Under the pieces are notes generated by a model that saw nothing but the letters and a program-made list of their open reading frames with translations, did no database searches and had not been told where the DNA came from. Of a DNA stretch of 64,000 bases, positions 1 to 9,373 are shown piece after piece (position 1 is the first letter of the stretch; each line of letters begins with the position of its first letter). The position numbers and the translations under genes were made by a program. This DNA comes from Escherichia phage NHEP1. The stretch lies in the sequence record PQ511146.1; one strand, 5' to 3'.

Positions 1-225
1 TAACAGTGCACCAGACAGAATCCCCTTCATCATCTTTAAAGGTAAGACACTGGGCCGAGTTTTCCAACTCATCAAGTTCTTCTTGTGATAAATAGGTCCC
101 TTCTTCCAGAAGGGCTTTTACCAGAGGGTTCTCACAAAACTCTGCTTCATAAATTGCACCGAGTGTGCAATCTTTAAAAGCTCGGTCATTTGCAACGCAT
201 TCTGGCTTCAAAGTAATTTTCATCT
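1..225 (-). CDS. hypothetical protein, partial (C-terminus beyond window edge)
   Basis: ATG at 225-223 on minus strand preceded by GGAG SD; frame open to position 1; absent from ORF track because truncated. Confidence 0.45.
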
Positions 226-298
226 TGGCGGTCTCCTTAATTATTTAAAATCAACGCTCTGTCTGTGTGGGGTATCTTACATCTACCCCAACTTGTTG

Positions 299-670
299 TC
301 AACGACTATTTTCAATCATCCACCAAGGATCGAGATAAGTTTGTTGACTTTTTGCCCACTGGCAAACTTCATTGTACATCTGGATCTCTTTGTCCGTCAG
401 TTCACGAATAGGCTCATCTATACCCTCATTTTTGTGGTAATCCCAGTCGGCATCGATTTCCCACAACCATGACTTACGATCTTCACGTTTACGCACACAG
501 AAGTCCCCAGGACGGCCTGCCAGTGCATTTAGGAACTCGTTCTCCGCTCGCTCCTGGAGAATACTAAGGAGCAAAACGTTGGAGCATGACCGTAAAATAT
601 GCTTCAGCTCACAATCATCGATCTCAACTTCAATACGTTGCTTGACTGTGTGGGTACCTTTTACTAACAT
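299..670 (-). CDS. hypothetical protein
   Basis: Track ORF 299..697 begins at TTG; internal ATG at 670 is preceded by AGGAGGT SD, so start moved. Confidence 0.55.
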   Translation of the reverse strand: MLVKGTHTVKQRIEVEIDDCELKHILRSCSNVLLLSILQERAENEFLNALAGRPGDFCVRKREDRKSWLWEIDADWDYHKNEGIDEPIRELTDKEIQMYNEVCQWAKSQQTYLDPWWMIENSR

Positions 671-680
671 TCTACCTCCT

Positions 681-875
681 CTAGACGAACTCTGCAAGGG
701 TTGTGTTGTTCACTGCACCGCAGTAGATGGAGTATCCCAACCCGTTAGGGTGTAGAAACCACGGCACACCTTGATCATCCTTCACGTATACATCTCCATT
801 TTCCGTAAAGGGCCAATACTCTTCTCCAAGGGTAAAATACCTACTCATACCTTCAGCCAGATACTTTACTTTCAT
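681..875 (-). CDS. small hypothetical protein, member 1 of a tandem paralog triplet
   Basis: 64 aa; shares motif DDxGxxWF/L...G...G...A.F with the next two ORFs. Confidence 0.5.
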   Translation of the reverse strand: MKVKYLAEGMSRYFTLGEEYWPFTENGDVYVKDDQGVPWFLHPNGLGYSIYCGAVNNTTLAEFV

Positions 876-1099
876 AGATCCTCTTCAACAGCTACAAACT
901 TGGCAAGTAGGGTGGTTCCATAGATATGATACTCACCGTTTGCCAGATGGGAGATAAACCAGGCAACACCGTCCTCGTCTTCGATCATATTGTTTCTGCG
1001 ATCCTCGTCGTAATAAACCTTGTAGACCTTACCTTCTTCAAAGAATGATAGGTCTGTCATCTTCTCTTCTACAAATGTCGCTTTAACCAAAGTTGTCAT
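872..1099 (-). CDS. small hypothetical protein, member 2 of tandem paralog triplet
   Basis: 75 aa; EDEDGVAWFISHLANGEYHIYGTTLLAKF matches paralog motif; overlapping stop/start with neighbours. Confidence 0.5.
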   Translation of the reverse strand: MTTLVKATFVEEKMTDLSFFEEGKVYKVYYDEDRRNNMIEDEDGVAWFISHLANGEYHIYGTTLLAKFVAVEEDL

Positions 1100-1380
1100 T
1101 GATCTGCCTCCTTCTTGTTGAGCCGGAACACTGCAATAATAGCATTTCCAAGATGCAGTGTCAAATCATTTCCCAGATACCATAACATTCCACGGTCATC
1201 TTTAATGAAAGGGTAACAATCCGGTGCCTTCCAGACATTATACACTTTGCCGACCTGAAAGAAATCAGGCCCTGTTGGAATTTTAGTACCGGGCCATACT
1301 TGGGACACCTGAACGCATTCTACCTGCATAATGACAGGGATAGTCATGGAGGTAAATGTTTTTGTTGGTTCTACTACCAT
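1096..1380 (-). CDS. small hypothetical protein, member 3 of tandem paralog triplet
   Basis: Track ORF 1096..1470 overlaps polymerase 3' end; ATG at 1380 preceded by GAGAGGAGA SD; KDDRGMLWYLGNDLTLHLGNAIIAVF matches paralog motif. Confidence 0.5.
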   Translation of the reverse strand: MVVEPTKTFTSMTIPVIMQVECVQVSQVWPGTKIPTGPDFFQVGKVYNVWKAPDCYPFIKDDRGMLWYLGNDLTLHLGNAIIAVFRLNKKEADQ

Positions 1381-1429
1381 AAAAGTCTCCTCTCTGTCTA
1401 ACAACACTTCCGTGTGTTGATAGTTTACA

Positions 1430-4400
1430 TTAGTGACAATCACCCCAGTTACGACCGCACAAGTATTCACCTGTGATCTGGAACGGAACGCCCATCATTT
1501 TAGAAGCCTGCCAGAAGCAATGCACCACCATTTCGCCCACAGGGCTCCAGATAAGCTCAAGCTTTCCGTCATCATTCAAGATAGGATCGTATACCGTATT
1601 TCCATCCTTGTCAACCACTTCGTTTCCGTCCTCATCTTTGCGTGCCTTTTTGTACTTATGACCGTCGAACACATGAAGTTTAGCCTCTTGTTGGGCTTTA
1701 AATGTTTCCAGCTCTTCAATTGTGTCGAAGGTGTATACGGTTTTATACTTAGGTGTGTCAGGCACTTGAAGCTGATATTCGTCATGGTAATAGATAATAC
1801 GACGAACACCCTCATCATACCATCCACGCTTCACCATCTGGTGGTGCATGAGGATTCCGACCAAGTCGCACAACGATGCACCGCCATTTTGCTGATATGC
1901 ATTAAGCAAAGAGTGTTTAGAGCGGGTCCAAATGGCATGCCCGTCAAAAGAGTAGATAAATTTCTTACCTGTTGCTTCCCAGAATTTCTCCAGATCCTCT
2001 TTACGCCCCTTAAGGCCCGGGTTGGCATCCCAGAGAGCATCAATTACTCTCTGTCCAAGTTCTGGAGAGATATCTAGCATATCTGCAACTTTATCTTTTT
2101 GTGCCCCGTACATAACCCCATATGTGACAGGCTTACCATCGTTACGGGAAATCTCCTTGCCTGCTACAGAAGAGTAAGCTTTGGCGTTATTACAGTTACC
2201 GCACACTGCCACTTTACCATTCCTTCTCACAATGATTGCTCCAGAAGGGACGGTAACGCAATAAACCAAAGAACCGCTCACCTCGACAGACTCTTTAGAT
2301 AGTGTCAGCAACCCTGCTCTCTGTTTGCTACCAATCGTGATTCTGTGCTGTACGGAACGACCTTTTTTGTGAATCGCCACCGTATTATTCCGTAAACCAC
2401 ACTGAGTAGCCAGCGCAGACACAACCTCTACAGATTTCTTCCTGCACCCGGCCTGAGAGTAGTAGGCAACTTTTCCACCTTCGGAAGATACCCACCCGTC
2501 CCAGTTAGATAAAGAAGCTATAAACAGGTTTTTAGATTCTTTATCAAGGTCCATCAGGTTGTAGGTGAAATCCTTATTGCTGTCCAAAAACTCAAATACC
2601 CAGGACGGAACGTGGAATTGGAACCTTCTCGCCAGTAAGCCCCCTTTTGTGGTTTTCCCGCTCTGCTCTACATAACTAAGGCTTAGAGCAGAAAAAGTAT
2701 CTAAAAGCGTTGCAACTTTTCTGCCCTTCCCGACCTGAATCCTGCACACGATGCTGCCGTCCTTATTTGTATGCAAGTGCCCATCATCGTGAATAGCAAT
2801 AAGCAAATTAACCTGGGCAGGAGATAAGGTTGTATTCCCATAAAACTCTGCCGCATGGATAAACCTTCTTCCTGAATTAGACCCTTTACCTGCTTTCAGG
2901 TCTTTTGCCAAATCTTCAAACAATTTATTGCTTCTGTGATCCACGGTCAGCATCCTGTGTTGATCTGTAACCATAAAATCCACACTGCTGTTGTGGAAAT
3001 GATACATATCCCCACAATAACTACGCTTAACGTAATTTAATGGAGTAACAAGGTTCATCGACGAGGTGTTGTGATCGTACTGGAACACCTGTGTTCCCGG
3101 ATCAAGATCTTCAAACCTCACCCACCCTTTCTCCGTGAGAATTTGTGTATCTCCTGAATAACAGTGTGCATCGCCGTTACTTACAACATCATAATACAGA
3201 CCGTTGTCAAACTCAAAGGCACCCCAGGCCCCGATGAGCTGCTCTAAGTTGGACCCGTCAATACCGATCTCAAAGTATCCTGGAGGAACACCCCACAGAC
3301 TACGCATCTCTTTACCCATAACCACTTTAGGAGATGGTTTAGGCATGTTTGCACAAATACTATGTTTCTGTCTGGAAGTGTTTGTTAATCCAGAACTTTT
3401 AGCAGGAAGCTTGTGGTCAATCTTCAAACGTGGATGATTAAGAAGACCAGTATCAACCTTATCTTCCTTGATTGGATCAAGGACCGATCTGCGGTTTCGC
3501 AATGATAACCACAAAACGATATCTTTAGCCATCTCTCCGTTCAATTTTTCAAGATTCGGGCACAGGTGTCCAAACGTATCTTTCAGTTGCGGAGAAGTAA
3601 TAAGCGCTCTGGCTTTTCTACGTATCTTCCCAAACACTTCCTTTTTAATCCTTTCTGAGTTAGGGAAGCTTCGGAACTTATGCACAGTTGTCTGGAACTT
3701 GGCATCAGTTTTGTTCCAGAAGTTGATAATTAGATCACAATACTCTGACTCCAAAAGCTCGTCCATATATGCATATACTCGTGCATCAACATCTGCATCA
3801 GGTAAAGCTTTCTTCTTGCTGTCTTTAGTTACATCTTTAGTTCTCCACATTGTTGGGAGCCAACCAGCACTGATCAGGTATCGCTTGATGTCGTCCTGAT
3901 TGCTGATTTTCATAGGTATCTTGCAGTCAGGCATTCGCTTCTGCTGTAGGTCACTTATCGCCTGATCCATCAGCTCTTTAGGTAAAGGGTGTGGTGTAGA
4001 AGTTCCTTTGATATACCCCCTCAAGAAATCAGCCATCTTATCGGGGTCTTTACAGCCCATCTCTTCACACCATTTTATCCCCATCTTACTTACATCCCCT
4101 GTGGAGGTAAATGCTCGCTTAGGAGGAGCTTTGAACTCTAAAGCACTCATGTCCACAGGGTAGCCAAGCTTGTCTTTTAACCATTTCCAACCATTATTGG
4201 AGATTGTCCCATCTTGGTTAAACGGCTTTTCAGGGAACTTAGGCCGCTGAGACATTGATAACTCTTTTAAAGGAAGTTGTGGTTCAACACGATCAGCGAT
4301 CTCTTTCATCCACGCATCGCAACGGTCACGTAAAGCAATAGCCCCATCTATGTCGAAATACACCCCCTGTCGAGCCTGCAGCTCCATCAGGAAGTGCTGT

Positions 4401-5176
4401 AACATGCCTCGGCGTAATGCGTTCTTCCAGGTGATCTTCTTGAAGCCTTTCGGCTTCTCTTTGGCAGGATCGTACATAAAGTTCTGCATGTCAGATTTGC
4501 CGTAGAATACACCTTTTGATTCCGCTACCAACTCCTTCCAGAGCAACTCCTGGATGATAACGTCCTCGAACACACGATCCACATACTTCCACAGTGGAAG
4601 CTCACGCCAGTCATCGATTTGAACTTTCTGGTTACCAAGGGCATAGCCCCATGCCATAAGGCCATGAGGCCCAACAGGCTGCATTTTCTTGGTAACTGGA
4701 TTGAATACTGCGTCCGGACAACCTTTTGGCAAAGGGCGGTCAGGCCACAAGATTCGGCTCATCGCTAACGTATCAAACAGATTAACCGGGTGGTCGTTGA
4801 TAGTCCCCATGCATTTAGGATCACGGAACATATCAAAATGAATACCGGATAATCTTTCCATCAGCATAAAGTCGTAACTGTAGCAGTTATGACAGTTCAA
4901 AGCCGTAGGTGACCAGTCTGAATTGCCTGTAAGCCAACCTTCCAACTCTGAAAAATCTGCTATGCGAGCCTCAAAATCTGTATAAAGGGTCTTCTTTGCC
5001 AGAATGAAGTTCTTAGCTTTCTCCACATCCTCTTCAGAGTAGTGTGTGCGGTCATTTAGAGGAAGGAACAGCATAAAACGGTTCTTATTCAGCTCTTTAA
5101 ACAAACCGCAGTGATAATAAAGATCTGGGTCTTCCAGCAGGCCAGAGGCCTCAAAATCGAACGACCACATGCTCAT
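1430..5176 (-). CDS. DNA polymerase, family A, with N-terminal 3'-5' exonuclease domain; intein-containing precursor
   Basis: 1248 aa; Exo I motif FDFEASGL; Pol A motif A-like IDGSNLEQL, motif B KxxxYGxMYG, motif C YYHDE; AAGGAG SD before ATG at 5176. Confidence 0.9.
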   Translation of the reverse strand: MSMWSFDFEASGLLEDPDLYYHCGLFKELNKNRFMLFLPLNDRTHYSEEDVEKAKNFILAKKTLYTDFEARIADFSELEGWLTGNSDWSPTALNCHNCYSYDFMLMERLSGIHFDMFRDPKCMGTINDHPVNLFDTLAMSRILWPDRPLPKGCPDAVFNPVTKKMQPVGPHGLMAWGYALGNQKVQIDDWRELPLWKYVDRVFEDVIIQELLWKELVAESKGVFYGKSDMQNFMYDPAKEKPKGFKKITWKNALRRGMLQHFLMELQARQGVYFDIDGAIALRDRCDAWMKEIADRVEPQLPLKELSMSQRPKFPEKPFNQDGTISNNGWKWLKDKLGYPVDMSALEFKAPPKRAFTSTGDVSKMGIKWCEEMGCKDPDKMADFLRGYIKGTSTPHPLPKELMDQAISDLQQKRMPDCKIPMKISNQDDIKRYLISAGWLPTMWRTKDVTKDSKKKALPDADVDARVYAYMDELLESEYCDLIINFWNKTDAKFQTTVHKFRSFPNSERIKKEVFGKIRRKARALITSPQLKDTFGHLCPNLEKLNGEMAKDIVLWLSLRNRRSVLDPIKEDKVDTGLLNHPRLKIDHKLPAKSSGLTNTSRQKHSICANMPKPSPKVVMGKEMRSLWGVPPGYFEIGIDGSNLEQLIGAWGAFEFDNGLYYDVVSNGDAHCYSGDTQILTEKGWVRFEDLDPGTQVFQYDHNTSSMNLVTPLNYVKRSYCGDMYHFHNSSVDFMVTDQHRMLTVDHRSNKLFEDLAKDLKAGKGSNSGRRFIHAAEFYGNTTLSPAQVNLLIAIHDDGHLHTNKDGSIVCRIQVGKGRKVATLLDTFSALSLSYVEQSGKTTKGGLLARRFQFHVPSWVFEFLDSNKDFTYNLMDLDKESKNLFIASLSNWDGWVSSEGGKVAYYSQAGCRKKSVEVVSALATQCGLRNNTVAIHKKGRSVQHRITIGSKQRAGLLTLSKESVEVSGSLVYCVTVPSGAIIVRRNGKVAVCGNCNNAKAYSSVAGKEISRNDGKPVTYGVMYGAQKDKVADMLDISPELGQRVIDALWDANPGLKGRKEDLEKFWEATGKKFIYSFDGHAIWTRSKHSLLNAYQQNGGASLCDLVGILMHHQMVKRGWYDEGVRRIIYYHDEYQLQVPDTPKYKTVYTFDTIEELETFKAQQEAKLHVFDGHKYKKARKDEDGNEVVDKDGNTVYDPILNDDGKLELIWSPVGEMVVHCFWQASKMMGVPFQITGEYLCGRNWGDCH
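2195..3163 (-). mobile_element. intein (about 323 aa) in DNA polymerase between motifs A and B, with putative LAGLIDADG-type homing endonuclease
   Basis: Begins CYSGDTQIL (block A, Cys1 codon at 3163-3161); TxxH block B (VTDQH); LLIAIHDDG and IASLSNWDG resemble LAGLIDADG; ends ...VAVCGN with +1 Cys; motif B resumes right after. Confidence 0.7.
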
Positions 5177-5234
5177 ATACAGTTCTCCTTAAAGGGGAGG
5201 CGGTTGTACTACCCCTCCCACTCTTGGTTAAACA

Positions 5235-7313
5235 TTAAAAAGGTGTTTCGTCGTCTTCAAAACCAGGAACGTGGTTAGAGGACGGATCATCATACTGAAG
5301 GTCTTCCTGTGTGTCAACAGGGTTAACAGCAGGGGTTATAACCTTATCAGCCACAACCTTGCCCACAGGTGTTTCTACAACTGCATGCTCCTGATCCTCA
5401 AACATAGCCTGAGGTCTCCAAACAACCTCCCCACCTTCCCCGTCTGTAAACATCTGCATTTCTTTGTCCCAGTACCAGTTGCTGGCATCATAGAACTTGC
5501 CTGTGTGGGGATCCATAACTAGAGTGTCCGCAATACCTAAGGTTTTTGCTGGGCGGTTTTTAAGACCTACCAGTCGGACACGTCCACGGGAACGATCCAC
5601 CATCTCCTCTGCCTCTACCCCGACAACCACCCAGCTAAGTTGCTCCAATCCGGCACTACCGCGAAGGTTCTCTTTTCGTACAGGGTACCAGAAAGGTAAC
5701 GGATTTCCATCCTTATCCTTCGGAGGTACAATCTCTGTGCGCTTCAGGTGAGCAATCACCAAGATAAACACATTAAACTGCTTACAGAACGCGGCTAGTT
5801 GAGTCATAGCCATGTCAAGCTCTTTACGCTCATCCTTAACATTAAGCCCTGAAATCACCATAGACAGGTGATCCAGCACAATGTAACGGCAGTGATACAG
5901 GCACACCATTTGTTTAAGCTTAGTGATCAGCTCATCTACAGGGATGGAGCCGAAATGCTTGAACACTTTGATTTTTCCGGCCTTGGCCCAAGATTGATGA
6001 ATCTCAGCGTGCTCCTGATCGGTCAGGAACTGACTGGGGTCTTCAACAAACTCTTTAACATCAAACCCCAGCTGGTTAGCGTACAGAGAGTTGATTGCTT
6101 CCTCAGGATCCTCTTCAAGGTGAATCAGGCACAGGCGATCATCCTCTTCATAATCATCAGCTTTAGGGCATGTTGGATCCATCAAGTATCTTGCAATGCA
6201 ATGTTCCAGCTTCTTGGCTACAGTTGTTTTACCACCGCCAGACGGGCCTGTCAGCATCATCAAGGTGCCTTTGTGGAGTCCTTTCAGCATCTTCTGCAGT
6301 TTAGGGAACTCTGCACTGATATCTACGCCATTGGAAGTCTTCTTACGAAGAGATTCAATGGAGAAGTCTTCTAAATCAGATACAGCATCAGGCACATATT
6401 TGACTGGGTGACGGAACATGTTGACAATATCTTCCAGCTTTTTAGCCTTCAGCATGTCACGAATATCTTTTACACCATCAGGGTCGTTTACCTCACCCGG
6501 GTATTCCACGTGGTAAACGTTATCAGCCATCAAAAATGCTGCGATATTATGTGTGGCTTCAACACCTTTAATAACGTGTTTTTGCTTCTCTACCTCGTTA
6601 GCTGCATCGTTGTCCATTGCAAGGACCACTGTTCCGTAGCTACGGATAAATTTCTCATTGTTCGCAAAAGTGTCTACGGCGTTTGCACACCCACAGTTAA
6701 TTCCAACAAAAGGCAGGCATGGTTTTCCTGCCAGATCCCCGCCGTTGATAACTGCATCAATCCCATCCTGGACTTCTTTAGCCCACTGCTTCACCTTCGC
6801 TGGGGCTTTAGCATTGGTGAGAATTCCTTTTACTTGTATCTGATATGCAGCCTGCCACGCTGCAATAACATCTCCTTCTCCCTCACAAACGTTAATCTGC
6901 TTACGGTTGTTGGAGGATGCACACAGCTTTTGACCAAACATCTGGGAGTTGGCCTTTACTATGCCAACAACCGAGAAATGGCCCCTTTGCTCTTTAGGGA
7001 TTGTCCAGTCACGCTTTTTAAAGCCAGATAGATTACCGTAGCGGTCATAATACGGAAAGTAGGTGGCAGTAACAGTTACACCATCCTCTTGGGATAGCGA
7101 TGATCGTACACCAAAATATTGTGCAGCCATCAGTCCAATATTTTGTTGTGGAACAGGGACAATTTTAGTGTTTTCTAAAACAGTCTCCACAGTTTCAACT
7201 TCTTTTTCATCACGATAGTCTCGTTTCACACTCCCCCCACTTTTATACTTAGTTGCTTTCGGGTTTGGCTCACCGAAACGGTTGTATGCAGATGCCATGA
7301 ATTTACTGCCCAT
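5235..7313 (-). CDS. DNA primase/helicase (TOPRIM-like N-terminal region plus DnaB-like ATPase)
   Basis: 692 aa; Walker A LTGPSGGGKTT, Walker B-like YIVLDHLS; acidic VLAMDNDAANE region N-terminal of the ATPase; AAGGAG SD. Confidence 0.7.
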   Translation of the reverse strand: MGSKFMASAYNRFGEPNPKATKYKSGGSVKRDYRDEKEVETVETVLENTKIVPVPQQNIGLMAAQYFGVRSSLSQEDGVTVTATYFPYYDRYGNLSGFKKRDWTIPKEQRGHFSVVGIVKANSQMFGQKLCASSNNRKQINVCEGEGDVIAAWQAAYQIQVKGILTNAKAPAKVKQWAKEVQDGIDAVINGGDLAGKPCLPFVGINCGCANAVDTFANNEKFIRSYGTVVLAMDNDAANEVEKQKHVIKGVEATHNIAAFLMADNVYHVEYPGEVNDPDGVKDIRDMLKAKKLEDIVNMFRHPVKYVPDAVSDLEDFSIESLRKKTSNGVDISAEFPKLQKMLKGLHKGTLMMLTGPSGGGKTTVAKKLEHCIARYLMDPTCPKADDYEEDDRLCLIHLEEDPEEAINSLYANQLGFDVKEFVEDPSQFLTDQEHAEIHQSWAKAGKIKVFKHFGSIPVDELITKLKQMVCLYHCRYIVLDHLSMVISGLNVKDERKELDMAMTQLAAFCKQFNVFILVIAHLKRTEIVPPKDKDGNPLPFWYPVRKENLRGSAGLEQLSWVVVGVEAEEMVDRSRGRVRLVGLKNRPAKTLGIADTLVMDPHTGKFYDASNWYWDKEMQMFTDGEGGEVVWRPQAMFEDQEHAVVETPVGKVVADKVITPAVNPVDTQEDLQYDDPSSNHVPGFEDDETPF

Positions 7314-8067
7314 TAATTCTTCTCCTTACTGCAGGCTCGTTTGCTAAGAATACAGCTCTTGCCCAGCCACGTGGTGTAAGGCTTCGAATCATCTTCGTCC
7401 TTGCACTCTTTCCACCTAGCTTAGCGTGTTGCATGGAATAACCACTAACCGCATCAACTATTTGCGGGACAGGTTTTGTGGCGGGGATTATAAATCCATT
7501 GCCTATCCAACCGCAAGTTATTTTTGGGTAGGCATCACGTGGAGCTATAAATTCAGGAAACCATGGGTTTACATCATCCTCTGGTAAATACCCACCATAA
7601 TCCGAAGGATGAAAACGGTAATCAGGTTTTCGCCACAGTGTTGACATAACTCCTACAGGGTTCTCTACATGCCACGGGCAATCGTAAATCTCTCCCAACT
7701 CTTCTGCAACCCGAGCATCTTTCACAGCATTAATTTGGATCAGAGGATCCTTAGCCAGCTTTTTCTTAAAGTGTGCAGCTCCGGATACTGCTAAATGCGT
7801 GCACGGAGGAAATGCAAGAATAAAGTCTGGAGCCGGATACATGCAAAAAGTTTCTTGAGGGAACCATGGATCAATCCAATAATCCACATAGTGAATGTTA
7901 GGATGATCGGTTATCACCTCTACATAACTACCGTGGTCAGCACCTTCTGCATTAAAGCACAGGCACAGGTACCCAGCTTTTGCCCAGTCAATAACTGCAC
8001 CACCGGACCCGTCAAATAGACTCCACACGACACCTTTGTGGTAGTGTTCTTTGTAGATAAATTTCAA
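7303..8067 (-). CDS. DNA (cytosine-5)-methyltransferase-like protein
   Basis: Motif I SLFDGSGG (FxGxGG), motif IV-like FPPCTHLAVSG (PPC), motif VI HVENPVG (ENV) in canonical order; track start GTG at 8097 lies in a terminator hairpin, TTG at 8067 follows AGGAGA SD (start uncertain). Confidence 0.5.
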   Translation of the reverse strand: MKFIYKEHYHKGVVWSLFDGSGGAVIDWAKAGYLCLCFNAEGADHGSYVEVITDHPNIHYVDYWIDPWFPQETFCMYPAPDFILAFPPCTHLAVSGAAHFKKKLAKDPLIQINAVKDARVAEELGEIYDCPWHVENPVGVMSTLWRKPDYRFHPSDYGGYLPEDDVNPWFPEFIAPRDAYPKITCGWIGNGFIIPATKPVPQIVDAVSGYSMQHAKLGGKSARTKMIRSLTPRGWARAVFLANEPAVRRRINGQ

Positions 8068-8083
8068 TTTGCTGTCTCCTAAT

Positions 8084-8112
8084 GCAAAAAGCCCCACCCT
8101 TTCGGGCAGGGC
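8084..8112 (-). terminator. rho-independent terminator after the 8119..8601 gene
   Basis: Minus-strand transcript GCCCUGCCC-GAAA-GGGUGGGGC followed by UUUUU. Confidence 0.55.
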
Positions 8113-8118
8113 ATAGTG

Positions 8119-8601
8119 TTAAACCCGGATACCTATTGTATACTCGGTGGATACCAATGTCAAATCTAAATTTAAAATTTCTTGCATCTCATAGTATGCG
8201 TCCAGGGTGAGATACATTTCACCATCCTTTTCTACATACTTGTCAAGGTGTTTTAGGCACTTTGGATAGCTATCAAGGGCAGCCTTTAGGCACTCAAACT
8301 CCGTGCTGTTGATGAATCCTTCCATCTTGGCTACCCGTTCCGGAGTAACGATAGCACTGTAGTGAGATTTAGCTTCCTGAATGCAATGGGTCCAAGCATC
8401 AACTTTCTCTTCGAAAAGTCCGAAGAACTTCTTCTTGGTGAGCTTCAGATTCTTTAAGTGCTTAAGAACTCGGTTGCCGATTACAGACACATCACGAAAC
8501 TTAAGGATCACTTTGTCAATATCCTCGCGGCCTATTTTCACAAAGCAGGCCTCACACATTTCAGGAGAGGCATAGCCTACTTTCCACATAAAATCTGACA
8601 T
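8119..8601 (-). CDS. hypothetical protein
   Basis: 160 aa ORF; AAGGAGGG SD 7 nt upstream of ATG. Confidence 0.6.
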   Translation of the reverse strand: MSDFMWKVGYASPEMCEACFVKIGREDIDKVILKFRDVSVIGNRVLKHLKNLKLTKKKFFGLFEEKVDAWTHCIQEAKSHYSAIVTPERVAKMEGFINSTEFECLKAALDSYPKCLKHLDKYVEKDGEMYLTLDAYYEMQEILNLDLTLVSTEYTIGIRV

Positions 8602-8613
8602 AGCACTCCCTCC

Positions 8614-9012
8614 TTATTCCTGAAAAGCAACGATATCGTATGAGCTTGCAGACGAGCCGGGGGAAGAGTGACTCCAGTCTAGATCATCAGAGAAGTCAGC
8701 ATACTGTGCACCACTCCGCAGTTTATATTTTACCCACTTACCTGGTGCAGGGTTTTCACCACCCTCCCATACTTCCCAACCTTCTGGCAAGCCGTTATCT
8801 TGGGAGTAACCATCAACTTCACTAGTGATCTCTGGGTTTGGCACCAAGATCCATGCAGGCTCTTCCTTCTTAGCAAGTGTCCACACAATGTATGTGTCTG
8901 AGCAGGAGCATGTCAGTAAAGTATACCCACTGTTCAGAACTTCTGCAAGCTCTTTTTCAGCATCTTCTAATTTGGTTAGGTGGTATTGGATAATCTTCAC
9001 ATCTGTAATCAT
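8614..9012 (-). CDS. hypothetical protein
   Basis: 132 aa ORF; AGGAGG SD upstream of ATG. Confidence 0.6.
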   Translation of the reverse strand: MITDVKIIQYHLTKLEDAEKELAEVLNSGYTLLTCSCSDTYIVWTLAKKEEPAWILVPNPEITSEVDGYSQDNGLPEGWEVWEGGENPAPGKWVKYKLRSGAQYADFSDDLDWSHSSPGSSASSYDIVAFQE

Positions 9013-9314
9013 TAGAAGCCTCCTACTTCTTCAGCAAATGCTGCCGCTGTCGTCGCTGCATCCAGATAGGACTCTAGTTCACGTGCTGCACGTTTGTAAA
9101 TCGAGTGGCGCAGATCGTTTGGTAACTGGTGAAAATCCACCTCTTCTCCGTTGTGGTAAACATGCACATCAGTAATCTGTCTAAATCCATAATAATCAAC
9201 ATCAGAATCACGGCACTCCAGATCTGGCAACTGGACAACTGCCTGAGCCTCTACAGTGAGCATATCGTCAAGTTCGAAATCGATTTCAAAAGTGTATGGT
9301 TTATAACGCTTCAT
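9012..9314 (-). CDS. hypothetical protein
   Basis: 100 aa ORF; AAGGAG SD upstream. Confidence 0.6.
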   Translation of the reverse strand: MKRYKPYTFEIDFELDDMLTVEAQAVVQLPDLECRDSDVDYYGFRQITDVHVYHNGEEVDFHQLPNDLRHSIYKRAARELESYLDAATTAAAFAEEVGGF

Positions 9315-9373
9315 TATTCGGTGTTCTCCTTATCTTGTGTGAAGAGTAGACCTCTCCTTCGATATTTTAAATA

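Noticed and set aside
1433-2077. Plus-strand ORFs (e.g. 1433..2077, 3468..3899, 5868..6374, 6408..7031) antisense to the polymerase and primase-helicase genes
   Set aside because: Fully embedded in well-supported minus-strand genes with clear motifs; no SD or promoter context; typical antisense artefacts
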